NCBI GenBank assembly: GCA_040752415.1
Contig: JBFMGU010000258.1
Location: 1-15,082, forward strand
From: Myxococcota bacterium
Lineage (GTDB): Bacteria > Myxococcota > JACRCW01
Reading direction: 5' to 3'
DNA length: 15,082 nt
Part shown: one piece after another, positions 1-8,600 of the stretch
Layout of the letters: each line of letters starts with the position of its first letter
Numbering within the stretch: the stretch's first letter is position 1
Notes under the pieces: generated by a model
The model's input: the letters and a program-made list of their open reading frames with translations, nothing else
Told to the model about the DNA's origin: nothing
The model's database searches: none
Position numbers and translations under genes: made by a program

Positions 1-108
1 TTCCTCAACGGCCCTGGGAAGGAGCACCTGCTGTGTTCGGTCCGGCTCGATGACTCGGGGCATGCCCCCTCATACGCAGGTACCCGCCACGACGTCACAT
101 CAAACTGA
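1..108 (+). CDS. Possible 3' end of a gene truncated by the window edge (FLNGPGKEHLLCSVRLDDSGHAPSYAGTRHDVTSN*)
   Basis: Frame 1 is open from base 1 to TGA at 106-108, with mostly G/C third positions in the first ~20 codons. No recognisable domain. Confidence 0.35.
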   Translation, partial: FLNGPGKEHLLCSVRLDDSGHAPSYAGTRHDVTSN

Positions 109-112
109 GACA

Positions 113-288
113 CCCTCTGGAGTGCGGCGCGAACACCGTCAAACGACGACGACGTCAAGCGCCGCCCTGGGTCGGGTCACCCCGGTCATCCGCTGGCTCC
201 ATGGAGTCCCCCTGAGGGAATGCACCGATCCAGGGCGGTGCTTCACGGCGACGCATGCTCAGACGCGATCGCGCCGCACTCCAGGGCG
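113..288. repeat. Nested long inverted-repeat element (REP doublet/REPIN-like, or structured RNA)
   Basis: CTGGAGTGCGGCGCGA (117-132) is the exact reverse complement of TCGCGCCGCACTCCAG (269-284). AAGCGCCGCCCTGGGTCGG (157-175) pairs with CCGATCCAGGGCGGTGCTT (225-243) with two G-T wobbles. Confidence 0.75.
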
Positions 289-442
289 ACGCTCACGCGT
301 TCATCCGCTTCGTGACGTCAACCTGTGCCTCAACGTCGCAGCGCGAAAGCAGGCGATCCCGCCGCCGGTCGCTCGAAGGACTGGCCTGGGAGCACGCGGC
401 CAGCAGCGCCGCAGCAACGACGGAACCGGGACGCGCCATGGA

Positions 443-1276
443 TCAGCTCTTCCTGCTTTCGAGAGCCAGCATCACGCTCGCGGGAACGCGGACGTTCTCG
501 AAGATGACCTGGTCCTTCCGCTCCGGTCCCTTCTCCCCGGGCACGACTTCCGCGTTGAACAGCTTCATGACGTGGAGGCCCCGACACTCGGCGCAGCTGG
601 CGACGTCCGTGGCGGAGAAGCGCGGCCCCGGCTCCATGGGCGTCAACGCCACCAACGAGGAGAACTGCTGCATCTCCAGCTCACGACGGAACACGTCGGG
701 ATTCTCGATCCACGGGAAGGGCCCGTGCGACGCGCGCTGCTCCGCCCAAGCCCCGCACGTCTCGCAGTACACCGCGGGCCCCGCCAGTTCCCTCGCCGCC
801 CAGAAGGCCATGCCACCCACGATCGCCGTCTCGGACGCCCAGACCGCCGCCAGCGCGGCGCCGCGGAAGGTGGTGCCGCGGATGCTCCAGAGCCCTTGCT
901 CGTTGATGAGCCCGATGATGCTCCACACCTGCCGGGGGTGGACCACCCACTCCTCCGTGCGCGTGACGACGTGGATGTAGAAGACCCACTGCGCATACAG
1001 CGCGAAGATCACGACCAGCGCGAGCAAGAGCGACGCCAGCGGAATGCTCCGCACGTGGCCGTGCTTGATCACCAGCAACGCCACCCACCCGACGAGCGCG
1101 CCGAACGCGAAGGCCACCGCTGCACGGGCGTAGATGAGCGGGATCCAGTCGTCGAGGACGACGTAGGCCCCGGACAACATGACCACGGCGCCCAGGCCGA
1201 CGAGGAGCGCAGGCACCAGGCGCGGAATCGAGACGCTGCCGGACAGCCGATAGTGCAGGGATGGGTTGGTGGTCAT
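443..1276 (-). CDS. Hypothetical integral membrane protein (277 aa, about 4 TM segments) with a C-terminal region carrying two CxxC motifs
   Basis: Hydrophobic segments (LVPALLVGLGAVVMLSGAYVVL, AAVAFAFGALVGWVALLVI, IPLASLLLALVVIFALYAQWVFYI, ALAAVWASETAIVGGMAFW), then CETC and CAEC. Start placed at ATG 1276 because the longer ORF to 1765 overlaps the divergent gene. Confidence 0.8.
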   Translation of the reverse strand: MTTNPSLHYRLSGSVSIPRLVPALLVGLGAVVMLSGAYVVLDDWIPLIYARAAVAFAFGALVGWVALLVIKHGHVRSIPLASLLLALVVIFALYAQWVFYIHVVTRTEEWVVHPRQVWSIIGLINEQGLWSIRGTTFRGAALAAVWASETAIVGGMAFWAARELAGPAVYCETCGAWAEQRASHGPFPWIENPDVFRRELEMQQFSSLVALTPMEPGPRFSATDVASCAECRGLHVMKLFNAEVVPGEKGPERKDQVIFENVRVPASVMLALESRKS

Positions 1277-1283
1277 GTTGTGG

Positions 1284-1289
1284 ACGTTA
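1284..1289 (-). promoter_or_regulatory. Putative -10 element (TAACGT) of a leaderless transcript
   Basis: TAnnnT hexamer 7 nt upstream of ATG 1276; no Shine-Dalgarno present. Confidence 0.4.
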
Positions 1290-1318
1290 GGGATGTTGAG
1301 GAAGTGTTTCAACGGACG

Positions 1319-1346
1319 TGGACGTGACCGCCTTTCCACGTACAAT
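1319..1346 (+). promoter_or_regulatory. Putative sigma70-type promoter (TGGACG-N16-TACAAT)
   Basis: TACAAT at 1341-1346 lies upstream of SD GGAGGT (1355-1360) and ATG 1365. The -35 match is weak. Confidence 0.4.
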
Positions 1347-1364
1347 GCGCCGTGGGAGGTCCGC

Positions 1365-2972
1365 ATGACCCGTGTGGTGCTGGTGGTGGGAGCCGTTCTC
1401 CTCGTGGCATGTGCCACCCGGCTGGAAGAACCGGCATCTCCCGACGGGGGGAGCCGTCCGCGTTCCACGTCGTCCAGCGGTGCCACCGCGGCGTCCTCGT
1501 CCTCGGGCGTGACCTCCTCCTCGTCGTCCGGTGGGGCGGGAAGCTTCGCGTCATCCTCGTCCAGCGCGGCCAGTTCCAGCAGCGCATCCGCGGCGGCGGT
1601 CTCCTCCTCGTCATCTGTTGCCAGCGCCAGCTCGTCGTCCGGTGGCGCACCATCCTGCCAGGCCACCGACGCGGACTTCACGTGGGTGGAGCAGCACTTC
1701 CGCAGCCTTCTCGATGACAACAACATCCCCGGCGGCCTGCTCGCCGTGGTCTGCGGCACGCGCACGCTGGCCGTGGGTCACGGTGTCACCCGTCAGGGCA
1801 CCAGCAACGCCGTCACCTCCACCACGCGCTTCCAGCTTGCCTCCACCACCAAGACCCTCACCGCGCTGACGGCGTGGCGCATGCACCAGCAGGGGGAGGT
1901 GGACCTCGCGGCTCCCGCGTCGGAATTGGTGCCCTATATGAACACGCAGTCTCCCTATGCACGCAGCTTCACGGTGGAGGAACTGCTGTCCCATAGCGCC
2001 GGCTGGACCACCGACGACGTGGGAACGTCCCTGGACCTCAAGACCCACATGCAGCAGAACGCCAGCATGCAGCTTTGGGCGGAGCCGGGCGCGGTCCACG
2101 TGTACTCGAATCCCGGCTATGCGCTCGCCGGTCTGGCGTTGCAGGAGGCCGCGGGAACGCCTTTCGCGGACCTGGTGGAGAGCCGGGTGTTCGCGCCCGC
2201 GGGAATGACCCACGCCACCATGCACGGCGCCTCCATGACGTCGGGAACGTACGCATACGGGCACGCGGTCTCCTGGCCGCCCACCGGCACCTATGGCCCC
2301 ACCGACTCCTACTACTCCGATCCATGGTACGGCCCCATGGGCGGTGCGTGGCTGTCCGCCCAGGACTTCGTGGCGCTTATCAACGTCTTCCTGGCGAACG
2401 GCAGCCCGCTGCTGGACACCAGCTCCTTCACCTCGCTCACCACGCCCCGCACCCGCACGGACTATCCCGGCATGCCCTACGCGCAGGGGCTCTACGTTGC
2501 GGAGGGAAGCTCCCGGCGGTTGTGGCACGGCGGCAGCGTGGGCGGGTTCCTCAGCCGGTTCGAGGCGCTCCCCGACGAGGGATTCGGTCTGGCGTGGGTG
2601 GTCAACTCCGACGCGGTGTACCTCTCCGAGCTGGCGGATGAGGCCATCACCCGGTTCACGTCGTGGAGCTACGGAGATTGCCCGGACTGCTACCCCCAGC
2701 CGGGCGACTGGCAGCTCCACGTGGGCACCTACGAGGACGCCATCAACCTCGGCACGGTGGTGGTGAGCGGCAACGCGTCCTCGCTGACGGCGAGCTTCCA
2801 GGACCAGGGCATCACCCGCGCCATGACGCCGGACCCGTACGGCGGACGTGACCAGTACGTGGTGGACTATCCGCCCGCGGGCGGGGAGATGTCCGTGATG
2901 TTCTGGCGTGAGGGCAACAACCCGGCCACGCACATCGTCTCGTTGTGGGGCGTGGCGGCGCGCGTGCCCTGA
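1365..2972 (+). CDS. Serine hydrolase lipoprotein, beta-lactamase class C / D-Ala-D-Ala peptidase-like (535 aa), with Ser/Gly-rich linker
   Basis: SD GGAGGT; lipobox LLVAC; SxxK (FQLASTTK); LLSHSAG; YSN (VYSNPGYALAG); HGG (LWHGGSVGGF). Confidence 0.9.
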   Translation: MTRVVLVVGAVLLVACATRLEEPASPDGGSRPRSTSSSGATAASSSSGVTSSSSSGGAGSFASSSSSAASSSSASAAAVSSSSSVASASSSSGGAPSCQATDADFTWVEQHFRSLLDDNNIPGGLLAVVCGTRTLAVGHGVTRQGTSNAVTSTTRFQLASTTKTLTALTAWRMHQQGEVDLAAPASELVPYMNTQSPYARSFTVEELLSHSAGWTTDDVGTSLDLKTHMQQNASMQLWAEPGAVHVYSNPGYALAGLALQEAAGTPFADLVESRVFAPAGMTHATMHGASMTSGTYAYGHAVSWPPTGTYGPTDSYYSDPWYGPMGGAWLSAQDFVALINVFLANGSPLLDTSSFTSLTTPRTRTDYPGMPYAQGLYVAEGSSRRLWHGGSVGGFLSRFEALPDEGFGLAWVVNSDAVYLSELADEAITRFTSWSYGDCPDCYPQPGDWQLHVGTYEDAINLGTVVVSGNASSLTASFQDQGITRAMTPDPYGGRDQYVVDYPPAGGEMSVMFWREGNNPATHIVSLWGVAARVP

Positions 2973-3053
2973 CCTGGTGTCCGGGGCCACGACCGCGCCC
3001 GCCAGCACGCGACGACGTGGTTACACCGCCTTCAGTTTCTGACGGAGGCGGCC

Positions 3054-4307
3054 ATGAAGGCGATTGTGTTCCACGGCGTGGGCGACATCCGGCTGGACAA
3101 CGTGCCGGAGCCCAAGCTGGAAAAACCCACCGACGCCATTGTGCGGCTGACGGCCAGCGCCATCTGCGGCACGGACCTGCACATGATCCGCGGCACGGTG
3201 CCGGGCATGAAGGCGGGGACGGTGCTGGGGCATGAGGGGGTGGGTGTCGTCGAGCAGCTGGGCAAGGACGTGCGCAACCTGCGCGTGGGCGACCGCGTGC
3301 TCATTCCCTCCACCATCGCCTGCGGGGTGTGCTCGTATTGTCGTGAGGGCTATTACGCGCAGTGCGACGGCGCGAATCCCAACGGCGCGCAGGCGGGCAC
3401 CGCGTACTTTGGCGGACCCGGAATGAGCGGACCGTTCTCCGGGCTGCAGGCGGAGAAGGCGCGGGTGCCGTTTGCCAACGTGGGCCTGGTGAAGCTCCCT
3501 CCCGACGTCACCGACGACCAGGCCATCCTGCTCAGCGACATCTTCCCCACCGGCTACTTCGCCGCGGAGCTGGCGCACATCCATCCCGGTCACAACGTGG
3601 TGGTCTTTGGCTGCGGACCAGTGGGCCTGTTCTGCATCATCAGCGCCAAGCTCATGGACGCGGGGCGCGTGTTTGCCGTGGACAGCGTGCCGGACCGACT
3701 GGAGATTGCGCGGGAGCTGGGCGCGGAGGTCATCAACTTCGAGGAGGAGGATCCCGTCGAGGTCATCCTGCGACTCACCGGCGGCATTGGCGCGGACCGG
3801 GCCATTGACGCGGTGGGCGTGGACGCGTGCCATCCCCACCGGGGACCGGCGGCGCGCAAGGCGCGCGGCAAGCAGGATGCGCAGGAGCTCAAGGAGATTG
3901 CGCCCCTGCAGAAACCCGACGGCGACAACTGGCACGCCGGCGACGCGCCGAGCCAGGCCCTCAACTGGGCCGTGGATTGCCTGTGCAAGGCGGGTCAGCT
4001 CTCCATCGTCGGGGTGTACCCGCAGAACGACCGCTTCTTCCCGCTGGGCAAGGCGGTGAACAAGAACCTCACCATCCGCGCGGGCAACTGCAATCACCGT
4101 CGCTACATCCCGCATCTGCTGGAGCTGGTGCGCAGCGGTGTCGTCGACCCCACGCAGATCCTGACCCAGAAGCAGCCCATCGAGGACGCGGTGTCGGCGT
4201 ACAAGGCGTTTGATCGTCGGCTGCCGGACTACGTGAAGGTGGAGCTGGACGTGGTCAGCCTGCACCGCGGCGACGGCGCGCGCGCCACGCAGCCCGACGT
4301 GCAGTGA
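3054..4307 (+). CDS. Zinc-dependent medium-chain dehydrogenase, formaldehyde dehydrogenase-like (YbdR/AdhB-type)
   Basis: ICGTDLH, GHEGVG and LSDIFPTG catalytic Zn ligands; structural Zn motif CGVCSYC...C; Rossmann GCGPVG; SD GGAGG at 3044-3048. Confidence 0.93.
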   Translation: MKAIVFHGVGDIRLDNVPEPKLEKPTDAIVRLTASAICGTDLHMIRGTVPGMKAGTVLGHEGVGVVEQLGKDVRNLRVGDRVLIPSTIACGVCSYCREGYYAQCDGANPNGAQAGTAYFGGPGMSGPFSGLQAEKARVPFANVGLVKLPPDVTDDQAILLSDIFPTGYFAAELAHIHPGHNVVVFGCGPVGLFCIISAKLMDAGRVFAVDSVPDRLEIARELGAEVINFEEEDPVEVILRLTGGIGADRAIDAVGVDACHPHRGPAARKARGKQDAQELKEIAPLQKPDGDNWHAGDAPSQALNWAVDCLCKAGQLSIVGVYPQNDRFFPLGKAVNKNLTIRAGNCNHRRYIPHLLELVRSGVVDPTQILTQKQPIEDAVSAYKAFDRRLPDYVKVELDVVSLHRGDGARATQPDVQ

Positions 4308-4359
4308 ACGGGTTGCGGCGGGTGTCGTCGGCGGTACCTCGGTGTTGGAGGAGGACGTC

Positions 4360-4773
4360 ATGGCACGCGAGAAGGATGCCCCGCGGTCCGGGCTCCTGGC
4401 CAGGTTGCGCCACGCGGTTTCTGCCCGACCGGGAGATTCCGAGCCGCATCCCGGCTGGCCCGTGGGCGTGGGCCTCAACCAGCGCTGGTCCGAGGTGGAG
4501 CCCGCGCCGCTGGATGATCTCTCCGGCACCGGTCCGCCGGTGTTCACACGCTCCGACCGGCTCCTGCGCGCGGACATCGAGGACCGCCTGACGCGCCACG
4601 TGCCCGAGGTGCTGCCGCAACTGCATCTCTCGGTGCACCGCGGCCGGGTCATCCTCTTTGGCCTCATGCCTGACGACGACACCATTGCCCGCGTGCTGGC
4701 CCTGGTGGGCGACGTGCACGGCGTGCGCGGTGTGGTGAACCAGCTGCAGACCATGCTCCTGGAGGAGCACTGA
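4360..4773 (+). CDS. BON domain-containing protein (137 aa)
   Basis: C-terminal RSDRLLRADIEDRL...LSVHRGRVILFG...VHGVRGVVNQL matches the BON pattern; SD GGAGGAGG precedes ATG 4360. Confidence 0.82.
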   Translation: MAREKDAPRSGLLARLRHAVSARPGDSEPHPGWPVGVGLNQRWSEVEPAPLDDLSGTGPPVFTRSDRLLRADIEDRLTRHVPEVLPQLHLSVHRGRVILFGLMPDDDTIARVLALVGDVHGVRGVVNQLQTMLLEEH

Positions 4774-4779
4774 GCGCGG

Positions 4780-5544
4780 TTACGGCCGGTGTTGCTGACG
4801 ACGGTGGGCCAGGGCCACGCCGTGCAGCGTGAGGTCCGGCACCACCTCGGTCACCACGTTCCACGTGTCGAACAGCCGCACCGCGTCGCCACCGGTGGCC
4901 ACCACGTGGACGGGCTCCCCGAGCACCGCGCGGTACCGCTCGACGAGCTCCCGCACCAACCCGCGCACGCCGAAGTACACGCCGTGGAGGATGGCCTGCT
5001 GCGTGTTGCGACCGATGGGCTCGGCGGGAGCATCCAGCGCCACCAGCGGAAGCTTGGCGGTCTTCTCGTGCAGCGCGCGCAACATGAGGGACGCGCCCGC
5101 GCCAATGGCGCCACCCAGGAACTCGCCGCGCGCGTTGCACACGTTCACGGTCACGGCGGTCCCCGCGTCGACGACGATGCACGCGCTCCGGGCGCGGGCG
5201 TGGGCCGCGGCCACGTTGAGCACCCGGTCCAGCCCGGTCTGCTGTGGGTGCTCGGTGAGCACGGGAATGGGGACGGGAATCTCCCGGCCCACCCAGCGCA
5301 CCCGCCGCCCGGCGACTCCCGCCACCACGCTGTCCAGCGCCTCCGACGTGGGCGGGTTCACGCTGACTCCCGCCAGCGCGGCCTCGCCGTCCCGGCCCAG
5401 GCGTTGCCACGCCGCGGAGATTCGCTCGGGCCAACGCTGGCGCTGGTCGTGGGGAATGCGCTCCACGTGTTCGAGAACGTCGTCACGGAAGACCCCGAGC
5501 GCCAGCCGGGTGTTGCCGACGTTGAAGGCGAGCAGCGAGCCCAT
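4780..5544 (-). CDS. coaX: Type III pantothenate kinase (254 aa)
   Basis: N-terminal NVGNT (normally DxGNT), GLDR, VVDAGTA, FLGGAI, LHEKTAKLP, GRNT and VVATGGDA motifs; length typical of CoaX from ATG 5544. Confidence 0.9.
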   Translation of the reverse strand: MGSLLAFNVGNTRLALGVFRDDVLEHVERIPHDQRQRWPERISAAWQRLGRDGEAALAGVSVNPPTSEALDSVVAGVAGRRVRWVGREIPVPIPVLTEHPQQTGLDRVLNVAAAHARARSACIVVDAGTAVTVNVCNARGEFLGGAIGAGASLMLRALHEKTAKLPLVALDAPAEPIGRNTQQAILHGVYFGVRGLVRELVERYRAVLGEPVHVVATGGDAVRLFDTWNVVTEVVPDLTLHGVALAHRRQQHRP

Positions 5545-5603
5545 GCGCAGCAGATACCCGCGAACGGCTCGCCCTGGGAAGTGGCGCCGCGCCAGGACGT
5601 GCT

Positions 5604-8600
5604 TCAGTGACGACGCAGGCTGCGCACCGCGCCGTTCTCGGTCCAGATGACGAAGTCGGGCGTCACCGCAAGCCCGGTGGGAGTCACGCCCTCCAGGTCC
5701 ACCACGCTCACCGGGGTGGGGGCGGAGCCGTCCAGCGGCGCCATGCAGATGCCACACTCCGGGCTGCCCCAGAAGAGGTGCGCTCCCTCGATGACCAGGT
5801 CGGTCGTCGAGGTCGACGCATCCGCCACCAGCTCCTCCACGCCGTCGCCAAAGGCTCGTCGGTGGATGGCGGAGGAGAGGTAGTAGAGACGGTAGTCATG
5901 GATGGTGAAGCGTGATGCCCGTCCCACCGCGCGCGCGGTGCCGTTGGGATCAACGTGCCGGATGCCGTCGTCGGGAATGAGCACGAAGTAGTTGCCGTCC
6001 AGCACCTCCATGTGGGTTGCGGTCCACAGCGAGATGTTGGGCGCGGCCACCACGTGAAGGTTGCTGCCGTCGCGGTTGGCGGACCAGATGGCGTCCCAGC
6101 GCGTCCAGGACAGCTTGTCCCCCTGCACCACCAGGTTGGCCATGCCGCGGTCCTGACGGACGAGGATGCGCGGTTCGCCGCCGGCGGCGGGGACGGTGGA
6201 GATGGTGCCTTTCTGTTCGTCGAGCCAGAAGAGGTCCGCCCCGTCGTAACGCAGGTTGCGTGGGGTGCCCAGGTGGCGCGCGCAGCTGCGCACGTTTCCG
6301 TCGGGAAGGTCCACGCCCAGGATGCTGTCCCGGCCGTCCACCACGTTGTTCACCCAGTACACCGCACCGCCGCCAACGATGAGCGAGGAGGGCAGGAGCG
6401 TGTCATCCGCCACCGTGTGCATGGGCTCCCCGTGGGTCGACCGCCATTGGAAGGTGCCGCTGCCCTGGTTGACCAGCGTCAGCGCGTCGTTGTCGACGAA
6501 GAAGGTGGAGGCGTTGCCGCCGTGGGCGAGCAGCTCGGTACGCCAGGTGCCGTCCTTGTTGGCGCGCACCACGCGGATCGAGCTGCTGGAGTACTTGAGC
6601 CAGTACAGGTGCGAGTCGTTGACGCGGAGGTTTCCGCACCGGGACAGGTTGCTCTTCACAATCACTTCGGCCGCGCCGCCGGAGCGCGGGATGCGGGCAA
6701 TGCCGCAATGTCCGTCGGTGAAGAAGTAGAGATGCGTGGCGTCCGCCACCACGGAGTAGGGATGCTCCGCGCCCTCCAGCGCCACCCCCTCGATGTTGGT
6801 GCCCCGCGTGGCATCGACGGTGAGGACGACGTGCTGGTTGGCGGCGTTCCATGCGGTCCAATACAGCCACGCGTCCCGCGAAGTGGCGTCGGAGACCCAC
6901 GGGTAGCCCACGTCCTGCACCAGCGACGTGTTGGTGGCGCTGGACCAGCTGTTGAGCAGCGCGTTCTCGTCGTACCACCAGGAGAACCAGAACACCGTCC
7001 CATCCAGCACCACGGTGCGGTACGGGCGCCCGCGCCCAAGCGCCACGCGATGCACCTCGGTTCCGTCGAGCTTGGCGCGGTAGAGCTTGTTCTCCTCTCC
7101 GGCGCTGTTGGCTTGGCGGGTCCAGTAGAGGTGCGTGTCATCCACGGCGAGCGAATGCGTGTTGCGCACCAGCGCCACCGACGTGGGCGGCGTGATCCCG
7201 TCGCGAGGAATGCGGAGGATGCGCTGGTCCTCGTGGGTGACGGTTCCCTGGATGGCGTAGAACGCGTCGTTGCCGGGTGCCACGTCCAGGAGGTCCGGTG
7301 CGGCGTTCTCGGAGCGCAGCAGCACCGCGTTCACCGACTCCCGTCGGATCTCGGAAGCCTCGACGTGGTACACGTCACCGCCATGCACCGCGAAGGGATG
7401 GTTGTGCCGCGGCGGAATGGTGCCGAGCCAGCCCCGTGGACCACCGTTCTTGGGCACGCGATGGATGGGCCCATCCACGCCCGACAGGTAGAGAGCGTCC
7501 TGGTCCTGCTGCAGGCTGACGACGCCACTGCCCGTCACGAACAGCGTGCTCACCTGTGCGAAGCCCTTGTCGGCCTGCCGCAGCGCCGTCCAGTCCCCAC
7601 CATCGACGCCAATCCAGTAGAGCTTTGTGTCATCCACCACGAGATGGCGCGCGTAGATCTCCCCGCCGATGGTGCCCGCGCTGCCACCGGACCGGGAGAC
7701 CCATCCCACCGAGCCATGACGTGATGACCAGTAGAGCGTCGTCGCATCGGCGGCCAGACCGGTGATGTCCCCGTCGGAGTAGCCCAGCACGGTGGTCTCC
7801 AGGGTGTGCGTGCTGGTCCGACGCAGCTCCGTGCCCGTGGTCCAGAAGAGGGTGTCGTCGTCCACCACGAAGTGGGTGTCCTCGTCGGTGCCCCTGACAA
7901 CGGGACCGGCGCCGCCCCCGGTCTTGAAGACGCGCAGGATGGCGTGGCGGTCACCGTCGAGGAAGTACAGGTGGCGGGCATTGGTGGCCATGCGACGGAC
8001 GTTGACGTTGTCCTCCACCGTCCAAACCTCGCCGGTCTCGTGGGTGGCCTTGAGGATGCGGCTGAGACCGCGGTTGTTCACCGCTGCCCAGAAGATGCCG
8101 TCGTCGTCCACGGTGATGGCGCTGGCTGGACCCATGGTCCCTTCCGCCAGCGTGCGCACGTACTTCCCCGCGCACCGGAGCCGCGCGCACGCGTCGGAAT
8201 ACGTGAGAGGATCGCCGTCGTCGCAGGGCATTCCGTCGGGAACTGGCGCGGAGAGGCACTGGCCGGCCCAGCAGACGTCCATGGAGAGGCACCCGTTGAT
8301 CCCGCCGCACGCCGCGCCATCCGCGCTCTCCCAGCGACACCCCATCATGACATCGCACACGTCCACCGTGCACACGTTGTCGTCGCTGCAGCGTTCCGCC
8401 GCCGGCTCGCGCGTGCATCCCAGGTGCGGGTCACACGCGTCCACGGTGCAGTCGATTCCGTCGTCGCACGTGAGCGACACACCGACGCAGCGGCCGGCCT
8501 CGCACGTGTCGCCAACGGTGCAGGCGTCTCCGTCGTCGCAGGGAGTGCGCACGGGCGAATGGATGCACGTGCCGGCGTCGTCGTAGGTGTCCAGCGTGCA

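Noticed and set aside
113..288. 6S RNA (size and stem-bubble-stem shape are similar)
   Set aside because: I could not find the CTTGAAC/GTTCAAG-type conserved segments or the usual zapA-ygfA context. Needs an Rfam search to exclude formally.
336..403. Small hairpins (GCGAAAGC; CTGGCC...GGCCAG) as a riboswitch or terminator
   Set aside because: Short stems expected by chance at this GC content; no U-tract or recognisable aptamer.
50..1327. 425-aa and 241-aa plus-strand ORFs
   Set aside because: Antisense shadows of the membrane-protein gene; Arg/Pro-rich or nondescript composition, no motifs.
1465..1645. TCGTCC/TCCTCG repeats as a tandem repeat or CRISPR array
   Set aside because: These are simply poly-Ser linker codons, with no repeat-spacer periodicity. 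No CRISPR, tRNA, rRNA, integrase or transposase gene was recognised anywhere in the window.
1365..2972. Antibiotic-resistance beta-lactamase call
   Set aside because: SxxK/YxN/HGG motifs are shared by many esterases and peptidases of this fold; nothing specifically indicates AmpC activity.
1611..4754. Long minus-strand ORFs 1611-3008 and 3021-4754
   Set aside because: Antisense to well-supported genes; long stop-free reverse frames are expected in high-GC coding DNA.
5545..5757. N-terminal extension of CoaX in the ORF track
   Set aside because: Overlaps the 3' end of the upstream lipoprotein gene; the CoaX fold starts at MGSLLAFNVGNT.
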